From Parvularia atlantis (lineage: Eukaryota): a stretch of DNA of 53,040 nucleotides. The notes below the pieces were generated by a model. That model worked only from the letters and a program-made list of their open reading frames with translations. It searched no databases and had not been told where the DNA came from. This document shows, one piece after another, positions 34,659 through 45,810 of this stretch (positions are counted from its first letter, which is position 1; each line of letters opens with the position of its first letter). The stretch spans positions 1 to 53,040 of the forward strand of contig CALSCO010001098.1 of the NCBI GenBank assembly GCA_943704415.1, read 5' to 3'. A program made the position numbers and the translations under genes.

Positions 34659-34697
34659 CGCCCTGAGAGCTCGCTTCCTGTGTGCCATCAGTCGATC

Positions 34698-35303
34698 ATG
34701 ACGCAGCCGTTCGGGCAGGTCGTGCTCGCCGCCACCGACATCTTCCTGCGCACGCGCCTCTCGGTCGCCTTCGTTAACCTCAAGCCGATCGCGCCAGGGC
34801 GTGCGTGCGCCGTGGCCCTCGACGTCTCCTCGACGTGGGAGGGCTGATCTGGAGACGTGGCAGACGTGCTTGTGGCGCCAAGGCGCGTCGTCGCGCGCTT
34901 CGCCGAGCTGAGCGCGGACGAGGTCGGCGACCTGTACCGTGCCGTGCAACGCGTGGGCGTCGTCGTCGAGCGCGTCTTTGGTGGCGAGGCGCTTTCGATC
35001 GTGCTGCAGGACGGGCCGGCGGCGGGGCAGACGATCCGCGTGCGTCTGCTGCGCTGTCGTCGTCTTTGTCGTCTCGTTCGCGAAGCTGATCGCCGTGCGC
35101 AGCACGTCCACGTCCACGTCATCCCGCGGCGCCTCGGCGACTGGGCCAACAACGACGACGTGTACCCGGCCATCGACCGCGCGTCGCGCGAGGTGGTGCA
35201 GGGCGTTGACGCGGACGAGCAGCGCAAGCCGCGATCGCGCGACGAGATGGCCGCCGAGGCCGCGATGCTGCGCGCGCACTTTGCAGACGGCGCGGACGAG
35301 TGA
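34698..35303 (+). CDS. FHIT: Bis(5'-adenosyl)-triphosphatase, HIT family (Fhit/Hnt2), 3 exons
   Basis: AFVNLKPIAPGHVLV, QDGPAAGQT, HVHVHVIPR, NDDVY, RSRDEMAAEA. Confidence 0.95.
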
Positions 35304-35336
35304 CCCGCCGTGTTCTACAGGGCAACAGCAACGCGC

Positions 35337-36289
35337 TCACTGCACGCACGGCACGGCGTTCAACCACGCGTCGAGCGCGCACAGATCGACGCGCTCGACG
35401 TCCGTCTGCGCGACGCGATCAGCGAGCGAGACGCAGCGGCCGCAGCGCACCAGATCCGTGCGCGTTCGCAGCGACAGCAGCGACGCGCTGAGCTGCGCCG
35501 CCGTAGCGGTCGGCCAGCGCCGCCGCAGCCAGCGATCGACGAGCGTCGGCGGGAGCGGCGCGGCGACGTGCGGCAGGAGCACGTCCAGCGCGGCGTTGTC
35601 CGGCAGCCGCTCGATGCACGCGATCGCCTTTTGCGCCGTCAGCCTTCGAAGCCGCACAGCCGACGGCACGCACCTGCTCGGGCTCGTCGGCGTCGAGAGC
35701 GATCTGCGCACGGAGAACCAACGCGCGCTCGTGCTCGTGCTCGTGCTCGTTGATGCGGTCGAGCTGCTCGCACGCCAGGCCGAAGCGCTGCTGCCGCACG
35801 AGCGCGTCGGCGAGCACGAGACGCGCCTCGGTCGACTGCGGCGCGAGCGCGAGCAGCTCGTGTGCGGCAATGATCGCGCCGTCGTTGTCGTCCGTCTGCA
35901 GCGCCAGCCGCGCCTGCAGCAGCAGCCGGCTGGGCGGGTCGACCGCGTCGCCGGCACGCTGCAGCACGGCGTGCACCCTTGCCGCGTCGCGCACGTCCGC
36001 CGCCGCGAGCAGCCGGTCGATCAGCGCGCGGTGCAGCTCGGCGGCGACGGCCTGCTGTCGCGGCGTCCACACGGCCGCGCCCTGCGCCGCGGCGTCCTGG
36101 AAGGCAGCGATGGTCGCGGCCGTGACGTGCGCCATCGCGGCGAGACGGTTACATTCGCACACGAGCGACAGACGGCGGTCGTGCGCCAGTCGCGCGGCCG
36201 CGTGCGCCCACAGCGTCGCGTCGTGCTCGCCGTGCTCGACTGCCTGGCGCCATCCACATCAGGCCCGCGAGCCGGGGGCGCGCGCGTGC

Positions 36290-36355
<66 letters not shown>

Positions 36356-37187
36356 AACGCACGCGCAGCAGCAGCGCCTCGAGGCTGCCAGCCGGGTGGT
36401 CGAGCGGGAAGGCGACGACGCCGAGGTCGGGCGTGTACACGACGCGCTGGCGCGGCATCGGGAGGCCGTCGAGCGGCACCTGGCGCGGGCGGGGCGGGCC
36501 GTGGGCAACGCGCAGCCAGCAGCGCCACGCGGCGTCGTCGGTGCTGATCGCGGCGCAGACGGCGTCGACGTCGACGGGGAGGCCGAGCAGCACGCGCACG
36601 CGCGCCACGAGCTCGACGTCGTCGCGATCGCGCGCGAGCAGCGCCGGCAGCACGCCTAGCGCCTCGATCCACGCGCGCGCGCCCGGCCGGCGCAGCAGCG
36701 CGTTGTGCAGCGCCGCGATCAGCACGGGCCACAGCGCGGCCTCGCCCGTCGCCACGGCCACGGCCAGCTCCATCGCGAGCGCGCGCTCGTCCCGCACGTC
36801 GCCGTCGGCATCGGCGTCCTCTGCCGCCGCCCGCAGCGCCCGCAGCGCGAGCGGCACGTCGCGCGTCGGCGTCGGCAGCTCAGGTCGCTGCACGTGCGTC
36901 GGTGCGGCGAGATGCGCGAGCGCCGTCCACCGCCAGCGCGCGATCGCGTCGTCCTCGCCGTCGTCGCCGGCGGGCCGCGGCGGGTCGCACAGCATCTCGC
37001 GCGGGTCGCGGCCGTCGTCGCCGGCTGCGAGCGAGCGCGCGAGCCACGCCCAGCGCCGTCGGTGCCACAAGGCGCGTCGCCACGTGTCCATGACAACGGG
37101 GCGCGTTGGTGGGTGACTCAGCGCCTGAAACACGGATCGTTTCGTATCTGGTTGCCAGGGGGGGCGTTCTGGGCCCTGCTGGCTCAT
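35337..37187 (-). CDS. TPR-containing protein, function unknown
   Basis: TPR-like helices LLLQARLALQTDDNDGAIIAAHELLALAPQSTEARLVLADALVRQQRF. Exons joined by GT-AG introns. Both ends are less certain. Confidence 0.6.
36292..36354. repeat. (GA)n microsatellite inside a TPR-gene intron
   Basis: Directly visible in sequence. Confidence 0.95.
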
Positions 37188-37988
37188 CCGACTGCGGGCA
37201 CTGTCTGTGTGCGCGTGCGGGCGCGTGCGGGCGCGCTGTGCCTGTTCAGTGCGCGCGTGCGCGTGCGCGTGTGTGCCTTGAGTGCGTCGCACATTCGCCC
37301 TCGCCCCTGCGCCGCGTTCTCGCGGCATTCCGCATCAGTGAGACAGCCGCCCTATCAGTGCCTGTTTGCTCTTTCTTTCTCTCCGAACTATCGCGCCTGT
37401 ACGCCGCGCCCATCAATGCGCGCCCGGCCCGCGCCGCCCGCGCGCCAGGCGTCGGCTGTCCGCGCTGCTCGTGGCGCGCGAGTCGAGATGGCGCGCGCCT
37501 GCCGACCGCCCATCTGGGCGCGCCACCTTTCGCCTTCGCCCTCCTGTTCCCTCTGCGCAGCTGCCGTGCGCACGCGCCCCGCACGGCCCAAGCGCGCGCC
37601 GACAGCACGGCGGGATGCGGCGCGGAGCAGGCACTGACGGGATTGGGATGACGGCCCGGTGGCCTCATCTGTACGTCACGGCTGCGAGTGGTGTGCGACC
37701 GCCCGCCCGCCCGTCTTCGCCCGTGTTCTCCCTTGCGCGCTTTTTTTTTTCTCTGCCTCCGCGCCCGTCCTCAGGCTGCCAGCCGCACTGCCCGCCGCCC
37801 CGATCAATCACGCCGCGGTGCAGTGCAGTGCGTCGCCTCGTTCACCGCCGCGGATTGCCGTTCTTGGCAGGCGGCGTTTCGTGCTCTGCGCCTCGTGGTC
37901 CGATGGTCTCTCTTAATCGCTGCCGATAGCGGCCTCCGCGCTGCCGAAAGCGGCCTCCGCGCCCTCCAGCTGACAGCGCCACGCCCAG

Positions 37989-40900
37989 ATGCTCACCGTG
38001 CCCGGCCGCGGCACGACGATCGCGTGGTTGCGCGCCCTGCCGGCGGGCGACGTGCGCGAGCTGCTGAGCGACGGCGAGGACACGGCCCTCGGCGCACACG
38101 GGCCATCGCCGCCACGCGCTGTCGACACGCTCGCGCTCGTCCACGCCCTGCCCGCGCCCGCGCTGTGCTTCTGGGGGCCAAGGCGGCGCGTCTTCTTCAA
38201 CGACGCGGCCCTGCCCTTGATCGGTGCTGGCAGCGTGAACGACGCGCGCCGCTGCTACGGGCGCGCCGGTGCGCTGCTGCTGCTACTGCTGCCGCCGCAC
38301 GTGGGCGGCTAACGTGAACATCGCCCTCCGCGCAGCACGTGAGCTCTGGCCCGATGTCGACAGCGAGCGCGTCGTCAGCCTCGGACCAATCGAGCGCGTT
38401 TTTGCCACCGGCGCCGCGACCGACACAGTCCAGGAGCAGCGCGTGCTCGTGCGTGACGGGCCCCTCGAGGACGAGGACAACACGTGCGAGGTCTTCTTCG
38501 CGTGGTCGGCTGCGCCCGTCCTCGCCGATATGCGCGACGACAAGCGCGTCGTCGGCGTCGTCGTGACAGTGCGATCTCGCTGCTTTGCTCCATTTGGAAC
38601 TGAACACCGCACGCAGATGCACGACGCCACCGACGCCGTGCTCGCCACTCGCCGCCAGCACGCCCTGGCCGAGCTGATCGCGCGGCTGGCCGAGGCGCGG
38701 CGGCACCCATCGTCGCTCGCCGTCGATGGCGCGTTCGAGGCCGCGCGTGACGCCGTCGCGCCGATGCTCGGCGGCGACGACCGCGACTGGACGTACCTGC
38801 TGCTGTACCGCTGGACGCACCGGCACAACAAGGGCGCGGTGCGCGGCAGCTTTTCTGCACCGCCGCTTGGTGAACGCAGCTCACGACGCGCACGCCGACG
38901 CAGATGGTGCTCAAGGGCGCCACCGACGTCGCCGCGGACCCGGTCGGGGTCGCGCTGTGCCGGCTCACCGGCGACGACACGTTCATGCTCTTTCGTCCGA
39001 TCTTGCAGGCGCTCCCTGCGCGCCCGCACCAGCTCGACGTCATCGACGCCGCCGCGATGCAGGCCATCTTGGGCCCCGCCGTGGTGCCGGCCGCGCAGGG
39101 GCATCGATCGTGCGCCGTCGTCGCCGCGCTCGTCGCGACCGGTGGCGCCGTCGAGGGCGTGCTCGTGCTCGGCGTCAACGCACTGCGGCGCGTCAACGAG
39201 GGCATGCGGCTGCACGCACACCTCGTCGCGACCCAGCTGGGCGGCCTGCTTGCTGCTGCCGTCGCCGCCGAGGCCCAGCGTGAGCTGGTGCGTTAGTCTT
39301 TTTTTTTTCCCCCGCCGCGGCTGACCACGGGCGCGTCCGTCTAGCTGCTCGAGCCCGCGCTAGCGTCGATCGAGTTGTCGTCGTCGGCACCATCGTCGAG
39401 CTCGTCGTCACACGCGTCGCTCTCGGCCGACCCGGCGTCGCGCGGCCCCCGGGAAGAGGCCATGAGCTTCACAGCCGTCGCCGAGACAAAGGCGCAAGAG
39501 AGTGCCGGCGCCGCCCACACCGCCGCACTGGTAGCTGCGGCAGCCGCGCACGAGGGCGCAAGTCAACCGGGGCGGGTGGTACCCGTCCGCCCCTCCGGCA
39601 GCAGCGATGTGGACCGCGACGACGGGGATGCCGTGTCGTTTGTCAACGACGAGGTGTGCCCCGACCGCTTGCTGCCTTGCTCGACTGACCGTCGCGCGCA
39701 GGCCGAAGTCGTGCACGCCAACACGCCGTGGTTCCGCCTCTTTGGCGTCGCGCCCGGCCGCGCCATGCCCGTGGCCGCGGCGGCGTGGCTCGCGCGCGTT
39801 GAGCCGGCAGACCGCGACGGCCTGGTGGCGGATCTGCAGCGCGCGATCGCGGGGCGGGACGCGCCGCCCGTGGCAACGAGCGCCGCCCTGATCGCGGGCG
39901 ACATCGAGCGCCGCGTGCGCGTGCGCACCGCCGACCACGACGGCGCGCCGCTGCGCTGGGTGCACTGCCGCGGGCGCGCCATCGGGCATCAGCAGCGCGG
40001 GCTCGTGCTCGCGTTCCACGCGGCGGACCATGAGGCGGGGCGTGACGAGCGCGCGGGCAACGGACGCAAGCGCTCGCGCGGCGGGTGCTGCAACGACTGT
40101 GAAGAAGAAGAGGGGGACGGCGCAGGCAGGTCGCGCGACTGCGACAAAGAGCTGCTCGAGCAGCGCGAGACGCTCGTCGACGTCGTCTGCCACGAAATAC
40201 GCAACCCGCTCAACGGCGTCGTCAACGTGCTCGACCTGCTCCAGGCCAACGTGCAGACGCGGCGCGACCTGCTCTCGTGCCTGCCGCCGAGCGCGACGCG
40301 CGAGCGGCTGCTGGGCGTGGCCGTGGACGACGCGGGCCTGTTTGAGCTGATCAGCCAGTGCATGCACCACCAGCGCAAGATCACCGACGACCTGCTCGTC
40401 TTTGCCAACCTGAGCTCGCACGAGCGCGTGCGCCTCGAGGCCGTGCAGCCGTGGCACCTCGTGCAACACGTCGTCAACCTGCTCACGGCCTCGTCCAGCG
40501 CGACCGTCCTGCTCGCCCCGCCCGTGCACGCGCTCACATCGAGCGAGCGCGCGCCGGACGACGCGGCCGACAACGCGACCGTCCTGCTCGACCCGGCGCG
40601 GCTGTCGCAGGTGCTCGTAAGCCTCGTGACCAACGCGATCAGCGCGGCGCACCGCAGCTCGTCGCCCGTCCTCACGGTCTCGGTCAGCGTGCGGCGCGAC
40701 CCGGTGGCGAGCGACCGTCTGTGGACGACGATTGTCCTGCGCAACGCGGGCTCGGTGCAACACCTCGAGTACATCACCCACGGGCACGAGCACAAGCACG
40801 GGCACGGGCGCCAGCGCGCCTCGGGCCTCGACGTCTACATCGCGCAGTCGCTGACGCGGCTGATGAACGGTGAGCTGAACATCGAGACGCAGCCCTCGGT

Positions 40901-41054
40901 CGGGACGACGTACACCGTGACGGTGCCGTGCGCCGCGACGACCGCGCCGCCCATGAGCTTCTTCTACCTGGACCCGCGCAAGTACGACGCCTGGGGCACG
41001 CCTGAGGCCATCTCGGCGATGCTGCGGCGTCAGCGTCGCGGCACGCCCCCGTGA
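37989..41054 (+). CDS. Sensor histidine kinase-like protein (PAS-like, GAF-like, HisKA, degenerate HATPase, no receiver); start uncertain
   Basis: H-box VCHEIRNPLNGV, DPARLSQVLVSLVTNAI, PAS-like WLARVEPADR...RWVHCRG, and N-terminal LCFWGPRRRVFFNDA. ATG 37989 directly follows a CAG acceptor, so an upstream exon is likely. Confidence 0.85.
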
Positions 41055-41156
41055 TCCGACCGGACCATTATCGCGTACTGCGCTGAGACGGTCCTGAGAC
41101 GGGCCTCAGACCGCTTGTTTGTGTTTGCCAGCTGCTGCCACAACCGATCGATCGCG

Positions 41157-41276
41157 ATGGCGCGCGTGTTGCGGTACCTCTGGCTCGGCCACCGCCCGTA
41201 CGGCCCGACGCTGGCGCTGCAGCAGCGGATCGTCGAGGCACGTGCGATGCGCGCGATGTGTGGCGAGCGCTGATCG

Positions 41277-41323
<47 letters not shown>

Positions 41324-42146
41324 GCCAACGGCAGCGGCGCAAGGCGGCCAAGCTCGGCCAGGACGTGCACGCGCCGCTGCCAGACCTCGTGCTGATGATT
41401 GAGCACCCACCGACGTTCACGGGCGGACGGCGCACGCGCGGGCAGGACGATGCGGGCGAGGGCGCGCGGCTCCGGGCGCTGGGCGCCGAGTATCACGAGG
41501 CGCGCGATCGGCGGCGGCGCCACGTCGCGGCTGATCGGTGTCGGCGCGCAGACGGCGCGCGGCGGCCTCACGACGTACCACGGGCCCGGGCAGCTCGTCG
41601 CGTACCCGATCGTGGACCTGCCGCGCTTCCTGGTGCTTGCCTTCGCTGCTGCGGAACGGCTGCTGACGGTTGTGCGTGAGCAGCCCGGCGGCGCAGGCAC
41701 GGTGCAGAAGTACGTGCACGGGCTCGAGCGCGCGCTGATCGCGACGTGCGCGGCGTACGGCGTCGCGGCCGGGACGACGCTCGACACGGGCGTGTGGCTG
41801 GGCGACGCCAAGATCGCCGCGATCGGCGTGCAGGTGGCGTGCAACGCGCGGCGCCGTCGACCGCACGCCTGACGTCACGCTTCGCAAGGTCTCGTTCGGC
41901 ATCAGCTGGCACGGCGTCGCGCTCAACTGCGCGCCCGACCTGGCGTGGTTCGACCACATCGTCCCGTGCGGGCTCGTCGGCAAACGCGTCACATCGCTCG
42001 CGGCCGAGACCAAGCGCGACCCGCGCGAGCTCGCGCCCGAGGCGGTTGCACCTGTGCTGGCGCGCGAGCTCGGGCGCTCGTTTGACGTGCCTGTGCACGC
42101 GTGCGAGCCCGACGTGGCGCACGCCGTCCGCCAGCTGTATGTATGA
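41157..42146 (+). CDS. LIPT2: Octanoyl-[ACP]:protein octanoyltransferase (LipB/LIPT2), 5 exons
   Basis: [62 protein letters not shown]. Confidence 0.95.
41278..41321. repeat. Poly-G tract (44 nt) in LIPT2 intron 1
   Basis: Directly visible; length may be affected by sequencing error. Confidence 0.9.
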
Positions 42147-42250
42147 CCAGCCAATATGCACCGCAACGCGCAGGGCGACGCGCACGCCGCATGCCTGCCA
42201 GAGAGAAGCTAAACCAGGAACCGAAACGTCTAACCCGCCCCGGCCGGCCT

Positions 42251-43540
42251 TCAGCTCGTCTTGTCGTAGACCTCGTTCAGCGCCGGCAGGTTCACGTACG
42301 ACCGGCGCGTCGTGTCCATCGCGGCGAGGTTGGAGACGGACATGCGTTTCCTGAGCGAGGCCTTGTCTGTGGCTGTGTAGTTGGTCGCGTATAGCCCGGC
42401 GGCCTGCGCACGCGCGAGCATGTCAGCACCGCCGTGCGCGCGTGCACGTGCGAGAGCGCACCTTGGCCGTCATGCGCTGCACGCGCTCGGCAAAGTGCTC
42501 GGGCGTCTCGGTCTCCTCGCGTTGTTGCTGCGCGACGGCGTGAGCGCACGTGGCAAGCGTGTACGCGCGCGCGTCTCTGCACCATGGGCATGATCACGGC
42601 GTCGCACAAGATGTACGGCTGGAACCCGACAAGGAACATGTGGAACGTGTACCATGGGCGCACGCTGTGGAACGGGATGAACGACAGCGCCGGGTAGTAG
42701 CTGCGCGCCACCGTCAGCGCGAGCAAGGGTTTGAGACGTGCGAGCACGCCGCACCGCAGCGCAACCGGGAAGACCGGATGCCCGAGGCCAAAGATGAACG
42801 CCGAGTAGCGCAGGATGCCGCGGAGGCCATTGGTCGTCGCGCCCTGCGCCCGCGTCGCTTGTCACGCGTCACGCATCGCACACGTGCATACGCGCACCTC
42901 CGGGTAGATGACGATCGGCGTCGGGTCCTCGCGGATGCCGCGCAGGATCGTCTCGCGCACCTCCTGCTTGTTGTCGCCGACGCAGATCTTGTGGCGCGTG
43001 ATGATGTCGAACGAGCCGACGTTGCTCTTGTGCACGACCTGATCGCCCCGCGTGAGCGCGTGAGCGTGCTGTGCGCACGACAGAGCCCCACGCACGCGCG
43101 CGTTGTCGGCGAGCATGAAGTGCAGCAGGCCTGGGTCGCCCGTGAACGTGTGGTTGCTGACGATGAAGCTGTGGGCGAGGTCCTTGGCCGACGGCACGCG
43201 CCCCGTCACCTTGCGCACAAACACGCCCGCGATCATGCAGATCATCCAGAACAGTCTGCGCACGTCGAACGACGACGACGGCGACGCGCGTCAGATGGCG
43301 CCACATGCCGACAACGGCCGACGGCGCGCACGTCTTGTCCGAGGGCGCGATCGCCGGCGCGACCTTCTCGCTCGCGACGGCGTAGAGGCACACGAGCACG
43401 GTGAGGAGGATGCGAAGCAGCGCCAGGACCGTGCCCAGCGGCGCCCACAACACCAGCAGCACCCAGTTGAGCGGCGTCATGGGCTGGCGCAGGTACCCGT
43501 GGTCAAACAGCGCGTCGAGCGTCGGCTGCAGCTCGGCCAT
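42251..43540 (-). CDS. AUP1-like lysophospholipid acyltransferase-fold protein
   Basis: LLVLWAPLGTVLALLRI, SNHTFTGD (HX4D), PIVIYPE, FGLGHPV, ATNYTATDK. No CUE domain recognised. Confidence 0.8.
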
Positions 43541-43695
43541 GTCGACGGTGGCGGTGGCGACGGTGGCGACGGTGGCGACGGCGGCGTGGACGTGGGGCGC
43601 GCGGCGGGATCGGCTTGAAGAACGAGGCGCGCGCCGGTCGACGAGTGGGGCGTGACGTAGCCGCCGCTGATTGGACGCACAATAACCGGCCAATC
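43541..43695. promoter_or_regulatory. Compact bidirectional promoter with oppositely oriented CCAAT boxes
   Basis: 155 bp between divergent ATGs. ATTGG at 43670-43674 and CCAAT at 43690-43694. 9-bp GACGGTGGC repeats lie just upstream of the AUP1-like ATG. Confidence 0.5.
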
Positions 43696-45099
43696 ATGTC
43701 GCAGTGTGACGCGGCCGATGCGGCCGGGCATGCGCCGTCGCCGGATCGGGCGACGCCGGCGGCCGCCGAGTGCCTCAGGTGCCGCGCCGCGCCCGCCACC
43801 GTGCATCTGCGCGTGCCGCTGTGTGCCACGTGCTTCGCCGGCGCCGTCCGCAGCCGCTTCCGCGCCGCGCTGAGCGAGCCCAAGCGCCTCACGCGCAATG
43901 AGCGCGTCGTCGTCGCCGTCTCTGGCGGGCTAGGCTCGCGCGTGCTGCTGCGCCTGCTGCACGACGCCGTCGCGGGCACGGACGGCTTTGCGCGCCGCCG
44001 CGAGATCGACGTCGCCGCGGTCGTCCACGTCGACGACAGCGTCCTGGAGATCGGCACTCCGGCACCGCCGCTCGACGTCGCCGCCCTCGCCGCGCCGACT
44101 GGCTGGCCCGTCGACGTCGTGCCGATGGACGCGGCGTACGGCGGTGACCGTGCAAGGCTGCTGGGCGCCGTCGCCGCCGCGCAGACGCTGAGCGCCAAGG
44201 AGGACCTCGTCGCGATGCTGCGCAATCAGCTGCTGGTGCGCGCCCTGCCGTCTTCATTGCTTGGCTGAGCTCACTCGTGTGCGTGGGGCGGGCAGCGCGA
44301 GGTGGCGCGGCGGCACGCGTGCACCGTCGTGCTCACGGGTGAGACGACCGACACGCTCGCCGCGCGTGTCCTCACCCTCATCAGCCTCGGGCGCGGCGCA
44401 ACGGTCGCCCACGGTGCCGCGCCCGTGCCTCCGTGTGCGCGCTCCTGTGCGCTCACGCACGTGCAGAGGTCGGCGTGCTCGACCGGCGCTTCGACGTGCA
44501 CGTGCTCCGGCCCGTGCGCGACGTCTCCCGCGCCGAGCTGCGCCTCTTTGCCGAGCAGCACGGCGTGCCAGCGCTTGAACGCCCGCCACTGCTGTCGCCG
44601 GCGCGCAACAGCATTGCGCGCGTGACCGATGGTGCGCGTGTGCGGTTTGCACCGATCACACTGACACACGCGCGTGCACTCAACAGACTTTGTCTCGGGC
44701 CTGCAGCGCGACTTCCCGTCCACGCTTGACTCGGTCCTGCGCACGGCCGACAAGGTGCAGGCGCCGGCCATGTCGGACGCGCCGGGCGCTCGCTGCGTGC
44801 TGTGCCTGTCGCTGCGGCTGGCCGACGCGAGCGAGAGGCGCGAGAGCACGGTCGCGCGGCAGGCTGCGCCGGCCTGCGAAGACTGCGCGTGCGGCAGCGC
44901 GTGCCATCCGACGCAGACACTGCTCGATCGAGTGCGCGCGCACGTCTGCTACGCGTGCATCACGCTACTGCGCGAGCTCACACCGGACGCCGCCGAGTCT
45001 GCCCTCCCGCCGCACGTCGCCGAGCGGCTCGCGGCGGCCGAGGCGGCCCAGCGGAGCGAGGCGCTGCGCGAGCAGATCCGCGACTTTCTGCTTGACTGA
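43696..45099 (+). CDS. CTU2: Cytoplasmic tRNA 2-thiolation protein 2 (CTU2/Ncs2)
   Basis: N-terminal CxxC...CxxCF, VVVAVSGGLGSRVLL, SAKEDLVAMLRNQLL, GETTDTLAARVLTLISLGRG, LRPVRDV, FPSTLDSVLRTADK, CYAC. Confidence 0.92.
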
Positions 45100-45222
45100 G
45101 CTTGTACATCACGCTGAACAGCTATGGAACACTCTCGAAGGCTGACGTCTTTTCGTCTTTTTTTCTTGTCGCCGCTGGAGCTTGCGCATGGAGATGCGGG
45201 CGACACTTTTTTTTGGCAGCGT

Positions 45223-45742
45223 TCACGTCTTGTTTCCAGGTCCCATTATGATCTGCACTTTTGGCAGTGCTTCAGGGACATTATTTCGTGCACTTTTGCT
45301 GTGCTTGGACTTGAAATGTGACTTGCTCTGATGCATTTTGCGGCGCGACCTCGTGCAGCCACGCGCACGCCAGCACGCCGCAGCTGCTGCAGTGCAGTCC
45401 GTCTGCGTCGGCTCGTCCTGTCACCGCGCGTGACAAAGCGGCAGCCGGACGACGTGTTGCAAGCCCATCGACTCGGACCGGCATGTGAGTTGACCGAACG
45501 CCGCGGTCGGTGCCGTCGACGCCGTATTCTATCAGGATCTTGTTGACGGCAGCGGAGACCGTTTTCGTGGGACGCGACTTGTGCTCCCTGGACCTGTGCT
45601 CGGCCCAGTTTTGCGTGAGCGCGATCGAACACTCGCTGCAGATGACCAGCTTGTGGACGTGGTTGAGCGTCACACCAGCTGTCGTCAGCTCCGCGGCCGT
45701 GAGCAACTGCGCGTCAGTTGCCCTGTCGGCCGTCGGCTGCAT
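45223..45742 (-). pseudogene. DUF3505/OrsD-like zinc-finger fragment (short or degenerate; possible mobile-element relic)
   Basis: LNHVHKLVICSECSIAL...EHRSREH, PVRVDGL, GLHCSSC, then in another frame SHFKSKH...PKVQII before a TGA at 45223-45225. Lower GC than neighbouring genes. Confidence 0.5.
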
Positions 45743-45810
45743 TGGACGGGCGGTCGACCAGGGCGGCGGAGGCGAGCCACTCTCTTCCCGTTTTGCCTGT
45801 GTACATCACG

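Noticed and set aside
35337..37187. Assignment of the TPR protein to the ChAPs/exomer family
   Set aside because: Only generic TPR similarity is visible; this cannot be supported without a profile search.
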